A stretch of DNA of 64,000 nt. Origin: Octopus vulgaris. Its lineage: Eukaryota. Under the pieces are notes generated by a model, which had not been told where the DNA came from, made no database searches, and saw only the letters and a list, made by a program, of their open reading frames with translations. Location: assembly GCA_951406725.2 (NCBI GenBank), contig OX597815.1, forward strand, positions 46,810,001-46,874,000, given 5' to 3'. Numbering within the stretch: the first letter of the stretch is position 1; every line of letters starts with the position of its first letter. Made by a program: the position numbers and the translations under genes. Shown here piece by piece: positions 27,354-41,824 of this stretch.

Positions 27354-27506
27354 ATATATAATAGGTATATAAGAAAATGAGGTGACAAAAAGATAAATAA
27401 TTATTTTATGAGATGCTGTGGACTCATAGTTGGGTGCTTGAGCAAGACCTTATAATTTCATCAGAGCCTCGAATATGAAGTGCAATTTATTTTGGAAAAA
27501 AATATT

Positions 27507-27554
<48 letters not shown>

Positions 27555-27706
27555 ATCACTCCGTCGGTTGCGATGACGAGGGTCCCAGCTGATACGATCA
27601 ACGGAATAGCTTGCTCGTCAAATTAACGTGTACGTGGCTGAGCACTCCACAAACACGTGTACCCTAAACCACTAAGCCCCTAACCACTAAACCACACGCC
27701 GCCTTC

Positions 27707-27759
<53 letters not shown>

Positions 27760-27989
27760 AGGAAAAACATCATCAAATAGAAAGCAAGCGCATATGCCGG
27801 GTATGAAAATCAAGGGCACCTCCAACAAATAGAATAAGATTAATTTTAAAATGCATATAAAGATAGGTATATCCAGATTTAGATAATTTTTTCTTAGATA
27901 TAACAGTAAAAGTATACACGCGCACACGCACACATTTATATACTTATACATACAGACACATATACCAGGAAAAAATGCACCAGTCCACA

Positions 27990-28295
27990 ATTCCCTTCTG
28001 GTAGTCAACTACTTGAAAGAGATGGGCATCATAAGTGTCTCATGTCCTCCCTACAGTCCAGATCAAGGTTCCTATGATTTTTGATTGCTCACCGCGCCGA
28101 AAAAGATGAAAGAAGCAGTGACAAGGGTCCAGGACACCTTCCTTTTTGAAGATCTCCATGCAGCCTTCACGAAATGTCTCGAACGCTACAAAAAATGCAT
28201 TGATGTTATAGGGTCCAACTTTGAAGGGGACCTCTTTGAAATTAACAAATGTCTCTCCTGAAAATGTCTCACTACAACTGGAGTGCCCCATGTAC
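27990..28295 (+). mobile_element. Mariner transposase relic
   Basis: Translates LKEMGIISVSCPPYSPDQGSYDF, a degenerate YSPDLAPxD. Confidence 0.6.
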
Positions 28296-28764
28296 ATTTA
28301 AATACTAATCTCTGAATTTCGGCTTATGTTAAAAGTGTTACAGCCAAGGATTTCTTAATCGACAATCATCTCTGATATGGCATTCATATTTTCAATATTT
28401 GTGAGATACTTTGGTATTCAATGAGGGTCCTCTTAGCTTTATATTGATTTCATATTTTGGCATATTGCCAGCAATTTCGAGGCAGGGGCAGTTCAAATAT
28501 ATCGAATCCAGTACTCAACTGATACTTATTTTATCGACTTTGAAAGGATGAAAGTGGACCTCGTCGGGATTTGAACTCAGAACGCAAGACGAAATGCCCC
28601 AAGCGTTTTGCTCAGCGTGCTAATGATTCTGCTAGCACGGCTGCGTGGTAAAGAAGCTCGCTTTAGAATCTCATGGTTTTGTGTTCAGTCCCATAATGCG
28701 GAACATTGACTAAGTGTTATGTACTATAGCTCCAGGTTTAACAATGCCATGTGAGTGAATTTAG

Positions 28765-29010
28765 TAACCCGCCCTGCAGTCTCCCGTCTCCCCTTTCTCC
28801 TCACCTACCACCCCACCACCCTACCTCTCCAACGTACCATTCTTTGAGCTTTCCGGCATCTCCAGTCCGACCCGTCCACTTGCTTAACCGACCCCCCTTC
28901 TTCAAACGAGCTCACAACCTACAACACCTCTTGGTCCACAGCTTCTTCCCCAACCCAATCTCCCAGCCTGGCTCGTTCCCTTGCTCCCGTCCACGGTGCC
29001 GCACTTGCGA
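28765..29010 (+). mobile_element. Penelope-like element fragment (RT to GIY-YIG linker)
   Basis: PPFFKRAHNLQHLLVHS...GSFPCSRPRCRTC matches the typical NL..LLV...C..PRC.TC linker. Confidence 0.65.
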
Positions 29011-29310
29011 AGGTTGAAAGTGGTAACAAGAACAGGACAGTGAGAACAAGACAGTAAAAACAAACGGTGAAGGTTGTTAAGTCAAGACGATAGGAAAATT
29101 ATTATGGCTGAACGCTAGGAAGACGAGCTTATGAGAGGAGACAGGTATAAGCACGTCTTGTCTTTAGGAAGGAAATGGGCAGAAAGATAGGTTCCCTTTC
29201 TTCAAATGTCAGCGACGAGAGAGTCAAGGAAGAAGAGTGAGAGTGAGGGAAGGGTGAAGAGGAGAGGAGAAGAATAGGGCTGGGTGGGAGTGAAAACCAG
29301 AAAGAATGAA

Positions 29311-29362
<52 letters not shown>

Positions 29363-30123
29363 AGAAATAAATAAACACACACATATTTCTATCTCTATCA
29401 TTCATATGTGTAGAGAATGTGTGTATGTGTGTGAATAAGTTAATGGATCTCCATCGGTTTCGACGATGAGTATTCAGTCGTTCAATCAAATTGTATTAGC
29501 TGTTCAATGAATACATGTGCAAGTGACCGAATATTCCACAGACATTTGTACTCCTAACGTTATTCGTAAGAACAATTAGTGTCACACAGTATTTGCGACA
29601 AGGTCAGTCGTTCGAATTACAGCTACGCTTCCGCAGTGCTACTGTATTTCCGATTTCAGATACAAGGCTTGGACTTAGCTAGATCCACGACTATAGTGGA
29701 GGACATTTTCCCAAGATACCACGCTGTGGGCTTGAACCCAGCAGGCTTCTTAACCACTCGACCAATCAAACGTGTTCACGTCAACATGTACATACACACA
29801 CATACGCGCGCGCGAAGTCCACGCGCAGAGTCAGGGAAATGATATATTAATTCGAATCTAGTATTAAATGGAGTCTCAGGTATTGGTTTTGATATTGTAT
29901 CGTGCAGAGTCAGACTTCGAAGGAACTTTATCATGAATACATACATACATACATACATACATACATGCATTCATGCATGTGTGTATGCATACATACATAC
30001 GTACATACATGTGTACATATATATGTATACATATATTTCATATATACATAGATATACACACATAAATGTATACATATACACATATGTATGCACATTTATA
30101 TATATATATATGTATATATACAT

Positions 30124-30180
<57 letters not shown>

Positions 30181-30989
30181 TATGTACATACATGAATATT
30201 ATAAATATATATATGTATATATATATGCATAAATATATGTGTATGTACACATACATACACACACACACACACACACAAACAGACATACACACATGTACAT
30301 ACATATGATTTGTGTGTATGTGTGCGCAACAACAAGCATCGCCAATCGCATCATATACGTAAATACAACACGCAGTTCTTCATTTCGGTTAGACTCAATT
30401 GTTAGAACCAATGCCTTAAACAGGCTCCATCTTTCTCACTTCCACACACACTCTCTCTCTCTCCCTCTTTCACCTGTCTCTCTCTTCCTCACTTTTTCAC
30501 TACCACTCTCTAACCTTCTATCTCTTTTCTCCTCTCTTCTCTTCACTTTTATGCTCTGTGAGGAATCAAGTCCTTTGTTCACTATGTCTACAAAATTCCA
30601 ATCCACAGGAGTGAATTCCTGAAAACAATCTGACATTTCTATGTCTAAACATCTCTTAAATATCTTTGTGCTATTCCATAAAAGATGTCAAATAAGGGTG
30701 AAGAAACAAATGAAAACTTTTTCTTCCAGACAGTTGCCGTGCGTTTCAGTGAACGAAGCACCCGGGCGGAAACCATTTCTGAAAGACGCTCTTCGTCACA
30801 GGACTATATGTCCAAAGTGAAAGAATAGCCGTTGTGCTGATATAGTTTGTGTGTATGTGTGTGTTTGTGTGAGTATGTGTGCGTGGGTGCGCGCGCATGT
30901 CTGTGTGTGTGTGTGTGTGCATGCGTGTCTATGTATAAATGAATGTCTGTTTGAATGCTTACGTGTCCAGCTGTGTTTGTGTATGTATG

Positions 30990-31039
<50 letters not shown>

Positions 31040-31133
31040 TGTATGTATTAACATATACATGTATGAGTAGATATATGTATAATGATTGTATTATGAATGT
31101 ATACCCACACACATATATGTGTATATATATATA

Positions 31134-31190
<57 letters not shown>

Positions 31191-31224
31191 CACATAGGTA
31201 GATTGATAGATAGATAGAGAAAAT

Positions 31225-31297
<73 letters not shown>

Positions 31298-31385
31298 TAC
31301 TCAAGCACATACATTAAGCCATCATTTTGTCAATTTCTTATTTCGAGGTTTAAATGGTATTTTCGGAACTCACAGAGGCCACTTA

Positions 31386-31457
<72 letters not shown>

Positions 31458-32285
31458 CCTTTCTAGTAATGGCATAAGGCCTGAAATTTTTGGTGAGGCG
31501 GCTAGTCGATTATATAGATCAGTGTGTAACTGGTACATATTTCATCGATCCCGAAAGGATGAAAGGTGAAGTCGACCTCGGCGGAAATTGAACTCAGAAC
31601 GTAATAATGATAATTCAAGGTTAATACCTAAAAGACTGTTAACACATTACAAACCTTTCCGCTTCCATATCTCCATGACACACCTTTGTTGATACACTAA
31701 GAATAATTTAGAAAAGCAGAAAAAGTCCCAGCTACAATATGGACGTGCAAATGTTTAAAACTAATTCTAACGCTACACGTTAACCTTCTAATTCCTGAAC
31801 ACCCACCAAGTTCCTTTCTTCCCACGTAGCCCCAAAGGACATATGTTTACATATTCCGCCTTCATGCTGGGCTACTGTATTCTTCGCAGTGATGGGAAGT
31901 TATCTTTTAATCAGCTCTTCACTGTTACGTTTCGTAAGGGGGTTCGCTGAAGGTTAGATTTTTAAACAGATGCGCCTTCATATTATTATAGTTGACGGGT
32001 AGGAAGTGTGTTTCCGCTTTCGTCACATGTTTCTTGTAGATAAACAAAGGTGTGTCGTAAAGGTTTGCTAGTGAAAACATTATCAATAACATGACATTAC
32101 TATACCTCTAATCCACTAATTTTACACTAGCAATATCCAAACCTTACTCTGGTAAAATCCTATGGGTGAGTCATCATCTTCCATTGATAAGATTCCCATA
32201 GGTATACATGCTTAGCTTGCTGCTCCGACGTTTTTGAAACCATTCAACCAATACTCGATCGGGCTCAGTGTTTCACAGAATTATT

Positions 32286-32823
32286 AGGAGTGGATGTGTG
32301 GTAAGTAGCTTGCTTACGAACGACATGGTTCCGGGTTCACTCCCACTGTGTGACACCTTGGGCAATTGTCTTCTACTATAGCCTCGAGCCGACCAAAGCC
32401 TTGTGAGTGGATTTGGTAGACCGAAACTGAAAGAAGCCCGTCGTATATTACTGATATTTTGAAACTTCTTCACCGTTTCTCGTACTGTTAGCGTTCCGTA
32501 TTTCAGTCGAGTGTGTTAGTATTAATGTGGTAGCATCGTAGATTTCGTCTTGGTATATGTTTGGCTGAAGAAGGTAAAGCAAAATGTGGGTGAGAGACAT
32601 ATCTTGCAAAACCTGAAACCTGCAGGTACCACATTATCCATTTTCCGGGTGTTTCATCTTTCAGATGTTCTCCCTGGAGGTAAGACGGTTTTTTTCTCTA
32701 TTTTGTTGCACACACGCATTTTTACTAATACATACGCGGTGAAGCTACACATTAGCGTCGTATTTTTACGTTCGCTATTTCTAGTAAATATCGGTACTTG
32801 GTTGTGCCATTTATTTACTAATT

Positions 32824-32886
<63 letters not shown>

Positions 32887-33118
32887 GTATGTATGTGTGT
32901 GTGTATATGTTTGTGTGTCTGTGTCCCCCCAAATAAAATGGCTTGACAACCGATGCTGGTGTGTTTACGTCCCCGTAACTTAGCGGTTCGGCAAAAGAGA
33001 CCGATAGGATAAGTACTAGGCTTACAAAGTCTAAGTCCTGGGGTCGATTCGCTCGACTAAAAGGCGGTGCTCCAGCATGGCCACAGTCAAATGACTGAAA
33101 CAAGTAAAAGAGTAAAGA
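32286..33118 (+). mobile_element. SINE family B head (32286-32445) and tail (~32880-33118), separated by unrelated sequence
   Basis: Both halves are recognisable, with ~380 bp of non-SINE DNA plus (TA)n between them. Confidence 0.7.
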
Positions 33119-33803
33119 ATTGTAATGTATTCTTCCTAAAGAATTGCAACATATTCATCCTTTGCGTTTTTATGCCATACATAGTTGATGTACCAACAGC
33201 CAGAATTTTCACATCAAAACGTTACGCTTCAGTTGTCTCACCACTTCTGCATGTCCCAGTATCGATTTGTATACATGTATTCATTTAACCAGTTTTGACA
33301 GGCATGGCTGTGGGGTTAAGAAGCTCGTTTTGCAACCTGTGGTTTCGTGTTCAGTCTCATTGTGTGTCATCTTGGGCAAATGTCTTCTACTATAACTTCG
33401 GGACGCCTAATGCCTTGTGAGTGAATTTGGTTGACGAAAAACGTATAGGAATCTGTGCGTGTGTGTGTGTGTGTGTGTGTTTATCCCCATCTACTTTGCT
33501 TAACAACTGCTGTTGATTTGTTTACGCCCTGTAACCTAGCGGTTCAGCAAAAACCAAAAAATCGACAGGCGGTGCCCCAGCATGGCCACAGTCTAATGAC
33601 TTAAATAAGTAAAAGTTAAAAGATAAAAGACAGAATAAATACTAGACTTTGGAAAATGATAAATCAAATCAGAGTCAGATTTGTTCGACTAAACTTTTCA
33701 ATACAATGCTCCAGCATGGCCGCAGTCCAATTACTGAAATAAAAGATGGAAGATCCTTTTTAAAGCTGGTAAGTAATGACAAACTAACACACATATATGA
33801 TAA

Positions 33804-33858
<55 letters not shown>

Positions 33859-33903
33859 ACACACACACACGCACAGCTAACAACATATATATATATATAT
33901 GTA

Positions 33904-34733
33904 TTGGGTTGAGGAATAATTAATGAGTTTCTCTTTTTTCCAAATATATTTTAAGCAAAAAAACTCCAACTAATCAATAATATACTCTTTGTTGTTGTTT
34001 ACGACTTCCTCCCATCGTTCAATAAGTGTTTCGATGCCTCGGCGATAGAAAGCTCCCGGTTTTGATTCAAAGAATTCGTCCAACCAAGCCCTCAATTTCA
34101 CGTCATTATTGAACGATACACCCCGCAAAGCGTTGGAAAGCAATCGAAAGAGATGAAAGTCTGATAGCGCCAAGTCCGGAGAGTATGGAAGATGAGGTAG
34201 CACTTTCTATTCGAATTTTGGGAATCGCGGCTTTGGTTATATTGGTGATGTGAGGACGGGCGTTGTTGTGTTGCAGAAGAACGCCATTTCGCCTATTCGG
34301 TCATTTTTGCTGAATTGCCTCGTTGAGTCGGTGCAGATGTTGAACGTAGAGCTCTGCATTGTGTGCTTGGTTGTGCTCAAGCAGTTCGTAATGAATTATG
34401 CCTTCCCAATCCCACCATACACACAACATGGTCTTTCGAGGATGAAAGCATTGTTTTATTCTCGAAGTTACTTGTTTGTCGGGGCTGAGCCATTATTTTC
34501 GCTGCTTCATATTAACGTAAAGGCACCATTTTCATCGCCAGTGACAATGTGGTAAAGAAAACACACTGTTTGTGGTCATATGTTGAGCAATGTCGAGTAA
34601 GCAAACTGGCGGCGAGTGTGGAGCGTTGACTTTCGTTGTATTCGCTTAAAGTGTGTGGCACCCAAGCGCTGATTTCCTGAACCTTGTTCATTGAGTGAAG
34701 TTGGTTCACCACAGTTTTTTGATCGTAATCCAA
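33904..34733 (-). mobile_element. Mariner element, 3' portion, degenerate
   Basis: TIR TTGGGTTGAGGAATAATTAATGAG after TA; LPHLPYSPDLALSDFHLF, HNNARPH and AWVPHTL motifs. Confidence 0.85.
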
Positions 34734-35080
34734 TTCTTTCAGTTTCCGTCTTCTAAATCCACTCACAAGGCTTTGGTCGACCCGAGGCTATACTAGAAGA
34801 CACTTGCTCAAGGTTCCACGCAGTGGGACTGAACACGGAACCATGTGGTTCGTAAACAAGCTACTTACCACACAGCCACTCCTACGCCTATATATAAACA
34901 TATATACATACTTATATACGGTTTCCTTGGCGTATAGGTTCCCCGCCCGGACGGGATGCCGGTCCGTTGCAGGTGAGCTGGAGGAAAGGGTGAGAAAAAG
35001 TTGTGGCAAAAGAGTCAGCAGAAGTTCGCCATTACCTTCTGCCGGAGCCACGTGGAACTTAGCTGTTTCGGTCATAAATA

Positions 35081-35115
<35 letters not shown>

Positions 35116-35146
35116 ATGTATGTATGTATGTATGTATGTATGTATG

Positions 35147-35177
<31 letters not shown>

Positions 35178-35809
35178 ATATATATGAGATAGAGTGAGAG
35201 AGAGGGAGGGAAGGAGGGAGAGAGAGTACTTGTTAAATCAGTTCCGCGACTGCACTTATGACACACATACACACACACACTCAAATTACATGTGGCCGTT
35301 TTAAAATGTAATACAACATTAGATTATGTTGTTCTAGGTAACCATAAAAGACATGATAGTCACTGCCGGAACGCTTCTGATTACATTATGTCTGCTCTGC
35401 CAGCGTCGAGATGAGGTTAAACAGCAGCAGCAGTAACAACAATGTAGCCAAGAGGTAATGGCAGAGCCTTTACATAGTCGTTCCTTGTGTTGGAAATAAC
35501 AGCCAAATCTTCTTAGAATCACTTACATCGATTTATAAAAACCAGTAAGATATTAACAGCGTCCATGGTCCTTTTTTAGGACTAGAAGGATAATCCATCA
35601 TATTTCTGCAACAGCTGCATTTTTCTGAGATATCTTTAGTTAGTCATGACTGGAATGTCTTTCAAATATTACACCTATTGTTTGATGTATATTGGCAACG
35701 CTGATGTCTCATTTTTCAGTTCAGTGTGAAAATCTCGAGGGAAAGGATACATTCAGTGTCATCTATTATTCAATCAAAAATTATTGGTAAGTAGTACTTA
35801 TATCCAACT

Positions 35810-36116
35810 CAATTTGTATGTTTTGTTTGTTCCTTCTCGAGCCATGTCTGGCTCATAGGCCGGTTTCCCGGTTTCCTTGGCGTATAGGTTCCCCACCTGG
35901 ACGGGACGCCAGTCCGTCGCTGCAAGATGCCGGAGGAAAGAGTTAGTGAAAGGTGTGGCGAAAGAGTCAGCAGAAGTTCGCCATTACCTTCTGCCGGAGC
36001 CGCGTGGATCTTAGGTGTTTCGCTCATAAACACACACATCGCCCGGTCGGAGATTCGAACCCGCGATCCCTCGACTGCGAGCTCGCTGCTCTCACTACTA
36101 GGCCATGTGCCTCCAC
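35810..36116 (-). mobile_element. tRNA-derived SINE (family C-related); partial sister copy at ~34918-35077
   Basis: Minus-strand head GGCACATGGCCTAGTAG...GGGTTCGAATCTCC; shared body GGTTTCCTTGGCGTATAGGTTCCCC. Confidence 0.8.
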
Positions 36117-36304
36117 CAAATTTGTATATAGTATAAATAATTGTTGTAACTGTCCTATAAAGTCAAGAAAATCTTTGAAAGTAATTTTGCTAAAATATAG
36201 CATACTCTAAAAACATACAATTGTAGCGTGGAAGGTGTTTATAAGCCATTTAAAACACACACACTCACACATACACACACACACACAACACGCACACACA
36301 CACA

Positions 36305-36343
<39 letters not shown>

Positions 36344-36614
36344 CGCAAGATTCACTTCAACATTTAAATTTAATTTAATTTGTGTCAAAATATTTTAGTC
36401 GTTTTGAAACCGTGACCTGTTCACTGACAAAACTTCGTGCTGCATTTTATGTGTTTTTAAATGGCTTATAAACACCTTCCACGCTGCAATTGTTTTTGTT
36501 TCAGCACAAGATCTCAGATCAAGTTACTTGCTATGCAAGTACATCTCTAAGAAAATAGATTTTTGGCAATAAATTAAAGAAAAAAAGTTGGAAACTAATG
36601 GGTTAAATAATTGC

Positions 36615-37462
36615 TTCAAAATTTGGCACAAGGTTAGTAATTTTAGGGAAAGGGGCTAGTTGATGACATCGCCCTCTCCACTCAAGTGCACAACTGGTAC
36701 TTATTTTATCGACTCTGAAAGGATAAAAGGCAGAGTCGACTTCGGCGGAATTTGAACTCAGAATGTCAAGACGGACAAAATGCTGCTAAACCTTGCGCCT
36801 GGCGTGCTAACGATTCTACCAGTTCTCCGCTTTTACTGTAGATATAAATATTGACTTCAAATTTTGACACAAGGCTAGCAATATCGTGGGAGGTGGGAAT
36901 AGTCGATTACATCGACCCCAGTGTTTCACTGGTACTTAATTTATGGACCCCAAAAAGATAAAAAGCAAAGTCGACCTCGGCGCAATTTGAGCTCAGAACA
37001 CAAGGACAGACGAAATGACATTTTGCACGGCAAGCTAAAGACTCTTGCCAACTCGCCGCCTTAATATATTAGATAACCCTTTCTGTTATAGACACAAGGC
37101 CTGAAATTTTGCAGGAGGAGGTAAGTCAATTACATTAACCCCAGTACTCATCTGGTACTTAATTTATCGACCTCCGAAAGGATGAATTGCAAAGTCGATC
37201 TCGGCAGAATTTGAAATCAGAACCCGAAGACGGACGAAATGCTGCTAAGCCCGGCGTGCTTACGATTCGTTTCTACTCTAGGCACAAGGCCCAAAACTTT
37301 TGGGGAGGGCGCCAGTCGATTAATTCTACCCCAGTATGCTACTCCGAAAGGATGAAAAGCAAAGTGAACCTCGGCGGAATTTGAACTCAGAACGTAAAGA
37401 TAGACGAAATACTACTAAACATTTCGCCCAGCGTGCTAACGATTCTTCCAGCTCGCCGCCTT
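36615..37462 (-). mobile_element. Tandem cluster of ~4 family-A SINEs
   Basis: Repeated CACAAGG...GGTACTT...GTCGAC(C/T)TCGGCG.AATTTGA.CTCAGAAC. Confidence 0.8.
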
Positions 37463-37929
37463 GCGGCCTTTAAGATATTAAATAATGGAACACAATATCA
37501 ATAAAAGACAGCAGGATGGCTACGGCTGGAAAGCCTTTGATCGCATTATGACTGCTGAATCAGCGTCGACACGAAACTAAACAAAAACAACATCAGAAAA
37601 GACTGTTTCCAATTCGTTAATGCCATTTCTAAGGTCCATCCATCTTCGTATTTCCAACTTTTCTTTTCCATCATTCTCATTTATTTTCATGTCCAGTTAA
37701 AAATAGTGCTGTACCATTAAGTCTACACAGCAATGGCACACCTATCATTCTTTGGAAATCTTCTCACTTGTTATTGTTGAGGATGTTGATGATGTTGATG
37801 TTGTTGTCGTCGGCGTCATCGCCGCCGTAGCCGTTGTTGTTGTTACTCTGTTTCAGCTTTTGTTGTTGCTTTTGTTGATAATGTTGTTACTGTTGATTGT
37901 TGTAGTTGTCGCCGCTGTGGTTGCTACTG

Positions 37930-38013
37930 TTTCTTCTTCTTCTTCTTCTTCTTCTCCTTCTTCTTCTTCTTCTTCTTCTTCTTCTTCTTCTTCTTCTTCT
38001 TCTTCTTCTTCTT

Positions 38014-38071
<58 letters not shown>

Positions 38072-38180
38072 AAGACGTTGTCAGCGTCGTCATCATGATC
38101 TTAACTATCACCATCGTTGGTATCATCGTCATCGTCATCATCATCACCATCATCATCGTTATCATCTTAATCATCATCTT
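37930..38180. repeat. Compound trinucleotide microsatellite (TCT)n(ACT)n(CAT)n
   Basis: Direct reading. Confidence 0.95.
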
Positions 38181-38929
38181 ACTACGTCTGAATTCCGTTT
38201 CATTCTTCACTTGTTAATCCATTCTCATTTGTTTTTTGTTTGTTTTGTTGCGTTTTTTGTTTTTTGCTTTTGTTTCTTCTTTCTCCCGCATCAACTTTTT
38301 TTCTTCTCTCTCATCCACGATAATTCATCAACGAGAAATACATGGGAAGGTAAAGCAATAAGAGGCCACATGATAGTAACAATGTAGCAATGCCGGTCGA
38401 GACTATGAGTTTCAACGGAAATAGACCACAAGTGTTAAATTAAGCAATAATGGTTATCGTCAGCGGTGCATACTCCACACCATCACTCGATGTGCTAGAA
38501 TTAGTAGCCAAATTACTCACAACTCATAAGTTATCGCTTTCAGAAAGGAAGAACACATTGCATGTATATATGAAAAAAAAAATTTTGCAACATTTTTGAT
38601 CGTAGGTCTGTTGGGTCGGGGCTGATTCAGCATTACATGTCTACAATAACTTACTCATGAACCAACATAGGAGGGTCTATGGTGCAATTTAATTTGCCAG
38701 AAATATCGGCCTAATCTCTCTCAAATCACATACTATTATATCAAGAGGAATCATAAAATTTTGTAAAGTCTATCCAAAGCTTGTACTAGTAATCTATCAC
38801 TCTATACGGTATAGAATGTGATTCCATTTCGATAAATAACTTCGTCTGATTCTTTTTTTTATACACTGTATAAGAATATAAGAATCCTATTAATACTTAG
38901 TTACTCTTGCGAATGAATGTGGATTTTGT

Positions 38930-39650
38930 TTCATTCAGGGAGGAGGAGGATTCTTCTTCATAAAGTATTGGCTCTTCTTCATAGGATATGAGTTCTTTCT
39001 CGGCAGAGACTCTTCTTTTTACTGTGTTAAATAGCCTATCTTGCCTTTTCTATTGGGTCCATTTTGCACTTCTTTGAGAAACCTGCTTATCTCTATCTTC
39101 AAAAGTGGATAGTGGGCTACAATTTTGAGGGTTATTTCTTGATAGTTTATAACTAACTGTCTTTTTCTATTACGGGAGACCCGTTGTCTTCGTCGATCGT
39201 GGTTGGGAAAGTGGATTTTTTGGGACTTATGAGGCAATTTCCTTTGCTGACTCATGAGTTGTATTTAATGTCGACTTAAGGTCCACAACCTCCATGATTT
39301 GTTCTTGTTGGTTTTCCACTTTTAGTGTTTCTCAGCAGAAAGCTCTTAAATGGGTTTTGCTTCCACACGTGTTACAGCTAAGCCACTTACCTTGAATGCT
39401 GTATTTTAACGTCTTTCTCTCAACACTATCTACTGTACACAATTCTAGTATTGCTTTGTTGTCTTGCGAGTTCACGAAGGGTTGCATATTCACGGTGATC
39501 CTACTCGACCCATTTTGCGAGATGCTACATCTACATTAAACACCTGCCCATATTGTGCCATGGTGACTACTAACCAAGGGTCAATATTGTCACTTAGGTC
39601 TCTGATACCGGTGATCCTTGTAACTCTGACTTGTAACCAACCCCCCCAGC
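38930..39650 (-). pseudogene. Degenerate L1/Tx1-type ORF1 relic
   Basis: CNTCGSKTHLRAFC (CX2CX4HX4C) at 39335-39376, preceded by ..MAQYGQV.. Confidence 0.6.
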
Positions 39651-39659
39651 AAATAACAA

Positions 39660-40266
39660 TTCTTTCTACTTTTGGCACACGGTCTCAAAATATGAGGGAG
39701 GGTGTAAATCGATAGATCAACGCCAGTGCTCAACTGGTACTTATATTATCGATCTCAAAAGGACGAAAGACCTCAGCGGAATTTGAACTCAAAACGTAAA
39801 GACGAACTGACGCTAAGCATTTTGCCCGGCGCGTTAAGGATTCTGTCAGCTCGCTGGCTTTCAGGAAATATTAATTCCTTCAATTATAGGCGCATAGCCC
39901 GAAATCTGGCGGCTATATCGACTCCAGTACTCAGTTAATACTTATTTTACCGACTCCAAAAACTTAAAGTCTACCTTTGCGAAATTTGAACTTAGAACGT
40001 AAAGACGGATGAAATGCTGCTAAGCATTTTATCCAGCGTGTCAACAGTCCTCAAATTTTGGCAAAAGGCGAGCAAATTTTGGGGGGAGAAAGTGAAGGTG
40101 ATTACATTGGCCTCAGTATTTGGCTGGAACTTATTTTATCGATCCCTAAGGGATGAAAGGCGAAGTCGAACCCAACGGATTTTGAATTCAAAACGTAATG
40201 AGTCAGAAGATATGCCGCTAAGCATTTTGTCTGGCGCGGTAACGATTCCGTCAACTCGCCGCCTTC

Positions 40267-40327
<61 letters not shown>

Positions 40328-40550
40328 CATCAACAATCCTTTCTTCTAAAGTCACAAGGCCTGAAATTTTGGGGTAGGAGACTAGTCGATTGCATCGATC
40401 TCAGTGCATAACTGGTACTTATTTCATCGACCCCGAAAGGATGAAAGGAAAAGTCAACATTGGCGGAATTTGAACTCGGAATGTGAAGACAGACGAAATA
40501 CTGCTTAGCATTTCGCCCGGCGTGCTAACGATTCTGCCAGCTCGCTGCCT
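39660..40550 (-). mobile_element. Tandem cluster of family-A SINEs separated by (AAT)n
   Basis: Same motifs as the 36615-37462 cluster. Confidence 0.8.
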
Positions 40551-40578
40551 TAATAATAATAACAATAATAATAATAAC

Positions 40579-40671
<93 letters not shown>

Positions 40672-41508
40672 TAATAATAATAATAATAATAATGATAATA
40701 ACAACAAACATTTCTAACATTTTAATAAATAATGACACCACCATCCACCACCACTACCACCCACTTCCAATTCGTCACCACCTGCTTCTCTCTTGTTACC
40801 CCCACCAGCAATTCCCCTTGTTTTTACTTTCACTACACCATTGCTTTTTAGCAATGATTTAATAATTACCCACTCAAAATCTTTTTGTTTTTTCTGTATG
40901 TGTTTTTTAATATTCTTAAAAATAATACTTCATTTTTCTGGTTTTCTTTTTTTTAAATGTTTTGCTTTGTGCGTTGTTTTTTTTTTTTTTGGTTTGTTTT
41001 GTTTTTTACTATCATTACAAAAAGCCACGAAAATAATCAGTCAAATTCTCATTACCATTGTTATCTAAGCACCATTGATTAGACAATTATAATCGTGCTA
41101 GACAGCCGGCAAACCAGCCAACCATCACATTAACAATCCAGGCAGGCAGGCCGGTAGTCAGGCAGGCAGGCAGGCAGCCTGCCAGCTAGCAAGCCAGCTT
41201 GCAAGTCAACCAGCCAACGGGCTTGCCAACCAGTCAAAGGTCTACGCAACAGTATTTTTCCTTGTTATTTCTCCTTGCTTGTGTTATTATCGTTTACTGG
41301 TTGCAATCATTGGACTGCAGCCTTCCTGGGGCATTGCCTTGATGGGTTGTAGTCGAGCAAATCGACTGAATTACTTTCTATTTTTTTTGAAAAGATTGGT
41401 ACTTCTTCTATCGATCTTTTTAGCCGAACTGCTAAGTTACGGGACGTAAACAAAGACCAGTTTTCAAGCGTGTCGCAGGGGTGAGGGACAAACACGCACA
41501 AACACACA

Positions 41509-41557
<49 letters not shown>

Positions 41558-41824
41558 CCTTTTTCTGTCTATGATACGTCCCCTGTCGTTTTTATAGGGG
41601 CGGGGCGGTTTATAATGTTGGTGTTGATTTGATTGTTTTTCTTGTACTTATTGTAGCTGTTGTTGATAGTATTTTTGTCCATGTTTAACACCGAGTAAAA
41701 CGTGATCAAACAGACCTCCGATTATTCCAGTTGTGGTCAATCTGTCCTTTTTAGAGCAGTGGCTCTCAACCGGGGTCTACATGGCCCTTGGGGTTTGTAT
41801 GATATTTTGTTATTAAAATTTATA

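Noticed and set aside
30730-30828. Possible terminal exon after TTTTCTTCCAG ([32 protein letters not shown])
   Set aside because: Only 32 codons, no recognisable homology and no partner exon; would need RNA-seq support
31800-32825. Higher-complexity, coding-like sequence around a SINE head
   Set aside because: No recognisable motif in the frames I read; probably an old transposon relic that I cannot assign
37752-38387. 211-aa ORF with poly-S/T/H tracts
   Set aside because: Built from trinucleotide microsatellites, has no true ATG start and shows no domain
36615-40550. Regularly recurring motifs resembling a CRISPR array
   Set aside because: They are diverged tandem SINE copies in eukaryotic DNA, with no constant repeat-spacer period and no cas genes
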